DNA from: a virus
Length of the DNA: 64,000 nt
Virus genome (UHGV): UHGV-1351333
Reading direction: 5' to 3' (one strand)
The translations under genes and the position numbers were made by a program. Shown piece after piece: positions 9,632-17,376 of the stretch (position 1 is the stretch's first letter; each line of letters begins with the position of its first letter). The notes under the pieces were generated by a model. The model had not been told where the DNA came from, searched no databases, and worked only from the letters and a program-made list of their open reading frames with translations.

Positions 9632-10213
9632 ATGGTCACTCCACTGCCTTATTGCACGCTTAGCGAAGTGCAGGCGGAAATCCGCAATTACGACGCCAAT
9701 ATCAACGATAAGCTGATTTCGGCCATTGAACGGGCGACGGCGTACATTGACGAATACTGCCGGAAAACCTATCAGCCTGTCGACCGGGTGTCTGTCCCTT
9801 TCCGCGTTCCGTCTCCATGCGTTGCCGGAAAATCCGTGCTGCTGCCGTTTCCCGTCCGGGAATTACTGAGCATTGAAGACGGAGACCAGTATGGAGAGGC
9901 CCTGACCCCGCAGACGGTCGAATGGTACTCCGGTTCAACCCGCATTATCGCCCCAAGAACCCTCGTCAACCCGGTCAACATTTACGGCACGTTCGGCGGG
10001 GAATCGTCCAACAACGCACAGGAACCGCCATTAGATTTGCCTGCCGGCATACGACGCGCCGCCGTGCTAATTGCCGCCGCCTTTTCCGGCGAATACAACC
10101 GCGAGCGCATTGACATTAATGGCGAGCGGCAGAATGTCCTTGAGACGTGGATTCCGAAAGAGGCCAAGGAATTGCTGAACCGGTACGCCAGAACACCGGC
10201 ATCCTACATTTAA
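9632..10213 (+). CDS. Head-tail connector/adaptor protein (gp6-like)
   Basis: N-terminus LSEVQAEIRNYDANINDKLISAIERATAYIDEYCRKTY resembles the gp6-like head-tail connector family. Position after capsid genes. Confidence 0.45.
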   Translation: MVTPLPYCTLSEVQAEIRNYDANINDKLISAIERATAYIDEYCRKTYQPVDRVSVPFRVPSPCVAGKSVLLPFPVRELLSIEDGDQYGEALTPQTVEWYSGSTRIIAPRTLVNPVNIYGTFGGESSNNAQEPPLDLPAGIRRAAVLIAAAFSGEYNRERIDINGERQNVLETWIPKEAKELLNRYARTPASYI

Positions 10214-10218
10214 CGCTC

Positions 10219-10845
10219 ATGGGCTGGATGCGCTGCAAATATGCTTCCGGCAGTTTCAGTCGGGCGCTTTCCCGCATGGAAAAAGCCCTGTCGCCCCAGC
10301 GGCTGGACAGGGAGGTCGCTAAAAAGTGCGCGGATATTGTGAAGGCAAGGCTGGTGCGGCGCACCCCAAAACGCTGGACAGGCCAGCTTCGCCGCAACTG
10401 GCGCACAGTGCAATGGACAACCGGCATATGGGTGGTGGAAAACCCGTCTCCGGTCATGTCGTACCTGGAACACGGGACCAAGTCGCATGGCGCGCACGGA
10501 GTTCGGCGCACCAGCAGGGGGAAAGTTGTTAAAAGACGGCTGTTTATTCCCCTGAACCGTCAAACCGCTATGGCTTATGCTTCTCAGGGAGGCACGCTGG
10601 AATCAAAACGAAACCTGTTCCGGAACGGTCGGCTTGTAACGTCAATAAGAAAAAATCGCCACGGAATCAAATATCCGCGGACGACCCGAAAGAAACTTGT
10701 GTACGGAAAAGACTACATCCTGGCGAAACGGGTGAAAGGCATCCGGGCAAGGCACATTGTGGAGAGCATGCGGCCGTTCGCCCGGAAACTGCTTCAAATT
10801 GAAATGCGCCGGTACTTGCGCAAAGCGGTTCTTGGCCGTATGTGA
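10219..10845 (+). CDS. HK97 gp10-like head-tail joining protein
   Basis: VRRTPKRWTGQLRRNW resembles the P.dTG.LR.S motif of the HK97 gp10 family. First ATG, 6 nt after the previous stop. Confidence 0.4.
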   Translation: MGWMRCKYASGSFSRALSRMEKALSPQRLDREVAKKCADIVKARLVRRTPKRWTGQLRRNWRTVQWTTGIWVVENPSPVMSYLEHGTKSHGAHGVRRTSRGKVVKRRLFIPLNRQTAMAYASQGGTLESKRNLFRNGRLVTSIRKNRHGIKYPRTTRKKLVYGKDYILAKRVKGIRARHIVESMRPFARKLLQIEMRRYLRKAVLGRM

Positions 10846-10898
10846 TTCCATCTTTTTTATTTTGCCGCGAACTGTCACAGGTTAATGTTAACGCTATG

Positions 10899-11495
10899 AG
10901 CACTCAACCCCTCGACACCTCAAAACTGCCTATGGCCCTGGCGCCGCTCCACGTCCTGCTGAACCGGTTAACCGGGCACACGGATAAAGGACGCATGCTT
11001 TATGGCCTGCGCCTGGAACTCTCCCCGGCAATGGCCAGGGTTCAGGGAAAAAAAGATTATCCGGTGCTCCGGCTGCTGGTTCCGGCCCTCGGATGCAGGC
11101 CTTCTGATGCGGGTTCCGGAAAACGGGCGGCGCAAAACAGGGTCACGGAAGAATCCGCCTATCTCACCCCGGCGGACAATCTGATGACTGTAACCTTTCA
11201 GCTGGAAACTTCCGCCGAGTCCGGCTGGTTCGGTCCGGCAGTCCCCAGGGGCCGCGACCGGTGCGCGCTTGGTCATCTTGACTGGCAATGTCTGGTTATG
11301 GACGCAATGGAAACGGACTGGACCCGCGGAGATGATTTTATTGACATGAGACTTTGCAAGACGTTGCAATCGCCGTTTTCCATTGAGCTGACCGACGACC
11401 CTAACGTCAATGAATCCAGCATCGCGTCATTGATTGTCGTTAACATGACCCAATCATTTCTTCCGCGGGGTTCCCGGTACAGCACGATTGTATAG
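10899..11495 (+). CDS. Hypothetical protein (tail completion position)
   Basis: First ATG in ORF 10842-11495. Assigned by position only. Confidence 0.35.
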   Translation, partial: STQPLDTSKLPMALAPLHVLLNRLTGHTDKGRMLYGLRLELSPAMARVQGKKDYPVLRLLVPALGCRPSDAGSGKRAAQNRVTEESAYLTPADNLMTVTFQLETSAESGWFGPAVPRGRDRCALGHLDWQCLVMDAMETDWTRGDDFIDMRLCKTLQSPFSIELTDDPNVNESSIASLIVVNMTQSFLPRGSRYSTIV

Positions 11496-11569
11496 CTTTA
11501 TTTTTATTGACCTAGTATATAGCGGCTAGCAAACTCTCACACAAACGGAGGAACATTTTTTCTACTGCC

Positions 11570-11941
11570 ATGCCTGAAAGCAAATACAAACAATTTGGCG
11601 ACGAGCTTATTTGGGGCGTACCTAAAGATGAAATGAGCTTGGTAACACAGACTGTTACGTTTACTCAAAAATCCGACAAAAAGGAAGTGCGCGACCATGA
11701 AGGGGAAATACGTACCGTTACGTATTACAACCAATCCGCGGACGTTACCATTGAAGGTTTCGGCGACGCTTCCGCAAGCGTTGCTACCCGCATGACGATG
11801 CAAAACACGTTCCAGTCCGCCATGTCCGGGGCCTTGCTTATTGACCAGTGCCAGGTGTCCCTGTCAAATGAGGACCACATCAAGTCATCCATCACGGCAG
11901 TGCTCTATCCGAACATTGCCGCATCGGGTTCAGAACCGTAA
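11570..11941 (+). CDS. Hypothetical protein (possible tail tube subunit by position)
   Basis: 123 aa. Own upstream AT-rich region. Predicted function is positional only. Confidence 0.3.
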   Translation: MPESKYKQFGDELIWGVPKDEMSLVTQTVTFTQKSDKKEVRDHEGEIRTVTYYNQSADVTIEGFGDASASVATRMTMQNTFQSAMSGALLIDQCQVSLSNEDHIKSSITAVLYPNIAASGSEP

Positions 11942-12009
11942 GCGAATTTTCACGCTTTGAAAATTGACGCGCCCTTGCTGTTTTTTTACAGTAAGGGCGC
12001 ATTGCCGTT

Positions 12010-12516
12010 ATGACCGATACCCCGAACTCGTCCCCTCCCGCCGCGTTTGCTTTTGAGCAGGCGCAATTAGATGCCATGCGCCTTAATGGCCAGCACTTCG
12101 TCTACACAAAAGATACGGAAATCGCCGCCATGCTGGCGATATGCGGATATCGGCTGAAAAGCCCGAAAAACGATTATGTCATGGAGACCAAGGCGGGTAA
12201 AAAAGTGTATGCCTGGACATTTTATGATGACGTTATCGACATCAATCTTCCCCCCCCGTATAAAACGGCGTCGCTGAAAGCCGTTATGCAGCTTATTGCC
12301 AAGCACGGGGAATCGGGGTTTGCTTCCGAATTTCCCGACTGCATGCTTTCCCCGCTGCTCCTGCTGCGGACCACCCGGAACAAGTTCCAGCAGAAGCTTG
12401 ATTCCTGCGACCACACATACGTTGTTTTTCTCGCCGGAGCCTCTGACAGATACTGCTATCCTAAAAATTCTCCCAGAGCGAAACTTTTTCAGGAAAAGGG
12501 CATTCCGCAATTATAG
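12010..12516 (+). CDS. Hypothetical protein
   Basis: 168-aa ORF upstream of the tape-measure gene. Confidence 0.4.
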   Translation: MTDTPNSSPPAAFAFEQAQLDAMRLNGQHFVYTKDTEIAAMLAICGYRLKSPKNDYVMETKAGKKVYAWTFYDDVIDINLPPPYKTASLKAVMQLIAKHGESGFASEFPDCMLSPLLLLRTTRNKFQQKLDSCDHTYVVFLAGASDRYCYPKNSPRAKLFQEKGIPQL

Positions 12517-12535
12517 ATTTGATTTTCCCTGCGAA

Positions 12536-12552
12536 TTTGCAACGATTGCAAA
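12536..12552. promoter_or_regulatory. 7-3-7 inverted repeat, spacer variant TTTGCAACGATTGCAAA
   Basis: Intergenic, 27 nt upstream of the 12579 ATG. Confidence 0.65.
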
Positions 12553-12578
12553 TTATCCGTCCAATCGCATAACTTACT

Positions 12579-13154
12579 ATGGCTACACAATCATCCTCTG
12601 ATATTGCCTCTCTTGCCGCACAACTGGCGGCGGCGCCGCTTCCGGGAAACGAGGGGAAAACTTCCGCCATTTCCGAATCGTCCCGCATGCTTCCTCAGGA
12701 AAAATATGACCGGGATTTATCTGAACTGTTCCTCACGGAGGGCACGACGGAAATTGCCGGATATAAAGTCGCCTCGCCCACGCTGGCCTCGTTTATGCTG
12801 CTTGAATTGCTGGGCAACAGTTTCGTCATGGTTGAAAACCTTGGCCAGATTCCGGCAAACCTGTTCACGTTCACCACCGTCCAGGCGCTGGCCGTCCTGC
12901 GTTTCAAGGACACCTACAAACTGGTGAAAATGATTGCCGAAGACCGGGACGCTTTTGACCGTCTGGTGCTGCGCATGGCCGAAGAGCTTCCGGCATCAAC
13001 CCCCGTACTGGACATAGCCGTTGCCATCGTCGAATTGATGAATAACGGAAAACGGTCGAGTGCCAAGGAATCCCCCAACCCGAAAAAGCGTCAGGCCCCG
13101 GCAAAAGGAAAAAAAGCGTCAAGCCGCCGTGGTGGTTTATCACAGCCAGCATAG
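12579..13154 (+). CDS. Hypothetical protein (tail assembly chaperone position), Lys-rich C-terminus
   Basis: Preceded by 7-3-7 palindrome. Lies directly upstream of the tape-measure gene. Confidence 0.35.
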   Translation: MATQSSSDIASLAAQLAAAPLPGNEGKTSAISESSRMLPQEKYDRDLSELFLTEGTTEIAGYKVASPTLASFMLLELLGNSFVMVENLGQIPANLFTFTTVQALAVLRFKDTYKLVKMIAEDRDAFDRLVLRMAEELPASTPVLDIAVAIVELMNNGKRSSAKESPNPKKRQAPAKGKKASSRRGGLSQPA

Positions 13155-13307
13155 CGGCGAAACAGAGCGGAACAACGTTCCATCATTGCCTTTACCGGAT
13201 GCCCGCTATGGAGGCGTTTGCCCATGAGCATGTATGGATGCTGATGCAGGGCATTGAGTGCTATCTCCCGTTTTACGAGTCTTCATAAATCCATACACAC
13301 ACATTCT

Positions 13308-13336
13308 GGGTTGATTTACATCAACCCTTTTTTATT
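13308..13336 (+). terminator. Intrinsic terminator/attenuator upstream of tape measure gene
   Basis: GGGTTGAT-TTAC-ATCAACCC followed by TTTTTTATT, 12 nt before the 13348 ATG. Confidence 0.6.
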
Positions 13337-13347
13337 CTTTATCGTAT

Positions 13348-16300
13348 ATGGCCCAGGCGAATCAACAGGCGGAACGTATTATTTTTGACGCGGAGATTTC
13401 TTCCGCGCAGTCAAACCTGGCGAAGCTGCGCACGGAATTAAATCTGATAATAGCGGCGGCGACGCGAACCAATGCCGCCCTTTCGCGGATTAACCTGTCC
13501 GGCATGCTTGGCGGGGCCGGGGCAGCGGGAAAAGGGTTATCCGGATTGACTGGCGGCGGAACAGCGTCAAAGGCATTCGCCGCGGCGCAGAATGCCGCTA
13601 CCGCGGCAACGAACAGGCTGACTACAGCTATGCGGGCGGGCGTAGGCACGGCGGGAGCCTACAGCAGGGCGCTGGCCGGGGCCGCCGCGTCAGCCAGATT
13701 GCTGTCCGGAACCCGAATCGGCCAGACAATCAACACAACAAGAACGCCGTTGCGCGGGGCCAAAGCGGAATCCGACGGGCTACGTTCCAGCTTTTCCGGC
13801 ATGGGGCTTGCGGCTACAGGGGCCGCCGTGGCGGTATTGGGCTTCGCCACCAAGCTTACCGGAGTTATCCGGGAATCTTCGGAAGCGGCAGCCAGCATGC
13901 AGCGTCTGAACACTGTTTTTGGTGTATTGCTGCAAAGCCAGGCCAAAGGCTCTGCGCTGCTGGGAGAAGTCACGCAGTTCGCCAACGCCACGCCCATGAA
14001 CGTCCCGGAACTGGCTAACGCTACAAGAGTGCTGCTGGCCTACGGCGAAAGCTCCACAACCGTCATGGACACCCTACGGAGGCTCGGCAACATTGCGGCC
14101 GGCACGGGACAGCGCATTGATGAAATCGCCACGCTCATCGGTAAAGCCAGGCAGGCAGGACGCCTGTACGGGGATGACCTGAACCGCCTGAATGACCGGG
14201 GTATCCCCCTTACCGCTACATTGGCGAAAAACTTCGGCATCACCAGCATGGAAGTGCGGAAGCTTGTAGAGCAGGGCCAAGTAGGGTTTTCCGCTCTGGA
14301 CGACGCCATTAAAACAGTAACCAATGAAGGAGGGCTATTTTACGGCATGCTGGAAAAAACGTCCAAAGACTACGGCGGCGTCATGTCCAACCTGGAAGAT
14401 AACATTCTTACGGCGAAAAAGGCATTCGGCGCTCCTATCAATAATGCCCTGGTGCCCGTCATGCTCGACACGATTGAAATGCTTCAGCAAATGAAGCCTC
14501 AGTTTGCCGAATTGGGCGAGGCAATGGCCCCGGTAGTCGCCAGCCTGGCTACGGCATTCAAAGACATGCTCGCCTGGATTGCGGAAAACGGGAAACAGGT
14601 TTTAGCCCTGGTTCAAACCTATGGCCCTCTGGTAGCCAAGGCTTTGGCGTTGGCGACGGCGGTTAAAGCCGCTCAAATGGTGTTTGGCGCTCTCAGCGCC
14701 ATTGTCCGGGGGATTACCGGGACCATAAGCGGATTTACGTCAATAGTCACCGCAGCCGCCACAGCGGTGACGAATCTCGGTTCCACTCTTGACCGTCTTG
14801 CCGCCAAATACGCGACTGCCGGGACGGCGGCCAGAGCCGCAGGGTCGCAGATAGCCGCATCTTCCGCGGCAATGGGAGCCGCTGCCGGAGGTACTGCCGG
14901 GGCCGCTGCCGGAGCGGCAGGCGCCGCAGGCGCGGGAGCTGCCGCCGGGGCGGCGGGGGCGGCAATAGGGGCGCTTTCCACCGGCTCAAAAGTGTGGTCG
15001 GTCGTAAAGGGTGTGGGAGGCAAGGCGTTGAGCATAGTCGGTACCCTTGCCGCGCTGGATGCTTTAAGCAAAACCGTCAGCGGATTTGTTTCCGGGGATG
15101 CCCCCTTGTCCTGGGGAACCAAAATCAGCTATAGTTTAGCCGGTATTGCCGGCCTGGTAGGCCTTATCCCCGGAGTCGGAAGGCTTTTCGGCGTCGCGGC
15201 TGAAGGGCTTGCATGGCTGGGCGATACGCTTAAAGAGTCCGATACGCAAGAATATATGCGCGGCCAGTATTCACAAGCGCTTAAAGCCGCCCCGGGCCGC
15301 GGCATTAAACGCGTTTACCGGAAAAACCTGACGGAGTTGTTTCAGTCGGAAGAAGCGGGAACGCGGGGCAGCAGGACGGTTTCTTCTGTACAGGAGGAAC
15401 TTCGGGCCGAAATATCAAGGCAGACTGCAGTTCTTGATAAGCAACTCCGTGAAAACACGGCTATTTCCGATGCGCAGAAAGCCCTGCTCCAACGCAGGCT
15501 GGATTATCTCCGGAGCATTGACGATGCCACCATATCCCGATGGACGGAGCAGCTTCTCGACGAAACGAGGAACGTAGCCGGACGGGCCAAGTATGACGCG
15601 GCCATTGCCGCTGAACAGGAAGCCGCCAGACGGTCGAACGAGGAACGGAGGGCGGCTGAACGTTATGGTCAGGTTAAGGACAACCGCATTAAATTGCAGG
15701 AGGCGGAAATCAGGTATGCGTCCGGGATGGAACAGCGAATGTTCTGGTGGCGCAGGCGCCGTACCGCATTGCAGGAAGCGCAGCCTTATGTTCAGGATTT
15801 GCTGACCGGGCCGGACACCGGAGCCTACATGACGGAAAAGCTTGGAGCCGACTTCCGCATCCGGGGGACTGAAGACATTAAAAAGGTGCTGGACGCGGCG
15901 GGGGAATCGAAAGATACCGTGATTTTCGCCAGCGAAAACGTGTTGAACCTCCAGAAAGCCTACGAAAAAATCCTCGATTACGAAAAGGAAGAGCAAAAGC
16001 TTCGGGAAGCCAAGCAGGAATACGACAGGCAGGAAGAAGAGCGGGCACGGAATCTTGGCGTCCTTAAGCAGAAAATCTATCTCGACCAGGCTTACGCCGC
16101 CGGGCTTATCAATGCGGAACAGAGGACGCAGTACGAAGAGCAGCTTAAAGCCCTCGACACGGCAAAGTCGCTTATGGAAGCGGGCATGGGCCGGGAGGAA
16201 GCCATGCAGATGGGCCTGGCCTCGGTGGAAGCCGAACGGCGGGCCGCCGGGCAGGCCGCTATCGACAATGCGGCGGAAACCTATAAATCCGCGGCTACAG

Positions 16301-16518
16301 GGACCCTGGTGCGGCAAGGATGGATGGATGTCATCTCGCTTGGCTGGCGGAAGGATTCTGCCGGGGCGTATCTGGACCCGAACCGATATGACGAACAGAC
16401 CACAGGCCCGTACCAGAATGAGGACACGGATTTACTGAAAAAAATCAACGATACGCTTGAAGCTATCCAGGCGAACACCAACCCTGACCTGAAAAAATCC
16501 TCGGTTGTCTGGGGATGA
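13348..16518 (+). CDS. Tail tape measure protein
   Basis: 1056 aa, Ala/Gly-rich with long coiled-coil stretches and poly-Ala blocks. Typical position for a tape measure gene. Confidence 0.85.
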   Translation: MAQANQQAERIIFDAEISSAQSNLAKLRTELNLIIAAATRTNAALSRINLSGMLGGAGAAGKGLSGLTGGGTASKAFAAAQNAATAATNRLTTAMRAGVGTAGAYSRALAGAAASARLLSGTRIGQTINTTRTPLRGAKAESDGLRSSFSGMGLAATGAAVAVLGFATKLTGVIRESSEAAASMQRLNTVFGVLLQSQAKGSALLGEVTQFANATPMNVPELANATRVLLAYGESSTTVMDTLRRLGNIAAGTGQRIDEIATLIGKARQAGRLYGDDLNRLNDRGIPLTATLAKNFGITSMEVRKLVEQGQVGFSALDDAIKTVTNEGGLFYGMLEKTSKDYGGVMSNLEDNILTAKKAFGAPINNALVPVMLDTIEMLQQMKPQFAELGEAMAPVVASLATAFKDMLAWIAENGKQVLALVQTYGPLVAKALALATAVKAAQMVFGALSAIVRGITGTISGFTSIVTAAATAVTNLGSTLDRLAAKYATAGTAARAAGSQIAASSAAMGAAAGGTAGAAAGAAGAAGAGAAAGAAGAAIGALSTGSKVWSVVKGVGGKALSIVGTLAALDALSKTVSGFVSGDAPLSWGTKISYSLAGIAGLVGLIPGVGRLFGVAAEGLAWLGDTLKESDTQEYMRGQYSQALKAAPGRGIKRVYRKNLTELFQSEEAGTRGSRTVSSVQEELRAEISRQTAVLDKQLRENTAISDAQKALLQRRLDYLRSIDDATISRWTEQLLDETRNVAGRAKYDAAIAAEQEAARRSNEERRAAERYGQVKDNRIKLQEAEIRYASGMEQRMFWWRRRRTALQEAQPYVQDLLTGPDTGAYMTEKLGADFRIRGTEDIKKVLDAAGESKDTVIFASENVLNLQKAYEKILDYEKEEQKLREAKQEYDRQEEERARNLGVLKQKIYLDQAYAAGLINAEQRTQYEEQLKALDTAKSLMEAGMGREEAMQMGLASVEAERRAAGQAAIDNAAETYKSAATGTLVRQGWMDVISLGWRKDSAGAYLDPNRYDEQTTGPYQNEDTDLLKKINDTLEAIQANTNPDLKKSSVVWG

Positions 16519-16532
16519 TGTGGTATTAGAAA

Positions 16533-16549
16533 TTTGCAATCATTGCAAA
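16533..16549. promoter_or_regulatory. 7-3-7 inverted repeat TTTGCAATCATTGCAAA
   Basis: Between the tape-measure stop and the 16559 ATG. Confidence 0.7.
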
Positions 16550-16558
16550 TCGGGAATT

Positions 16559-17356
16559 ATGGCTATTTCACACAACGGACTTCGGGAACCCATTGAGCAG
16601 CCCGGAACGATGACCGTCGAACGGGTATCGGAAGACGGCGTCGTCCGGTATGAAAAATCGGCAACCAGAGTGTTTGAGGTTCCGAAAGACATGGCGGCGG
16701 CCTTCATGCTGACCCCTCCGGCCACTCCAATGCCGGGGACGATATTCCTTGAATCAAGGTGCGAAGAGGAAAATGCGGAGTGGTCTAAAGTGACGTTCAC
16801 TTACGGTGAAGACCCTGACGATTCTTCCGGAAGCGGTGGTGACGATTCGGTGCGCCGAACGGTCAACGTCACTACGTCCCTGGTGGATATCCCGATTCAG
16901 TGCTCCCCGAAGTACATTGATATGTCCGGAGATTCCCCAAAGTCAAAAATCCCTGACGAAGATTTGAAGCTTTTGGCCTACGCCATGTCCGGCCAGTTCA
17001 AAGACCCGCGAAACAATACCTATATCAAGGACAGCCTCACATCGGACCTGGCTCGTGAAATTTTCGACTATTTAACGCTCGGAATCACGCATTTCGCCTA
17101 TCCGCAGACGGTGATACGCATTTCTTACCCAAAATCCAAAGTAGGTTCCGGCCAGCAGTTCGGCGTTCCCACCAAGACGCCGGGGAAGAAGGGCGACGCT
17201 ATCCCGGTAAAGCTCCCGGAAGACAGCAAGATTGATTTCCAGCTGATTTCCCGGTCCATTAACTACGACGGAAAATACCACACAACGGATGAAGAATACC
17301 AGTCGTCATCCCCGCTGGGCTGGGCGAATGACCGGAAATTCTGGGGGGAAGAATAA
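16559..17356 (+). CDS. Distal tail protein candidate
   Basis: First ATG after the palindrome at 16533-16549. The ORF-table start at 16505 would translate the palindrome. Lies directly after the tape measure gene. Confidence 0.35.
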   Translation: MAISHNGLREPIEQPGTMTVERVSEDGVVRYEKSATRVFEVPKDMAAAFMLTPPATPMPGTIFLESRCEEENAEWSKVTFTYGEDPDDSSGSGGDDSVRRTVNVTTSLVDIPIQCSPKYIDMSGDSPKSKIPDEDLKLLAYAMSGQFKDPRNNTYIKDSLTSDLAREIFDYLTLGITHFAYPQTVIRISYPKSKVGSGQQFGVPTKTPGKKGDAIPVKLPEDSKIDFQLISRSINYDGKYHTTDEEYQSSSPLGWANDRKFWGEE

Positions 17357-17376
17357 TTCATTGATAAAATAACATT

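Noticed and set aside
10147-10845. Alternative-start extensions of ORFs overlapping upstream genes (10147, 29444, 5970, 8407, 30903, 40952, 51084)
   Set aside because: The ORF table allows GTG/TTG starts. The first in-frame ATG after the upstream stop gives compact non-overlapping genes and was preferred. 51186 remains uncertain.
14673-16317. Ala/Pro-rich minus-strand ORFs inside the tape-measure gene (14673-15122, 15415-16317)
   Set aside because: Antisense to GC-rich Ala codon runs of the tape measure protein; low-complexity translation.
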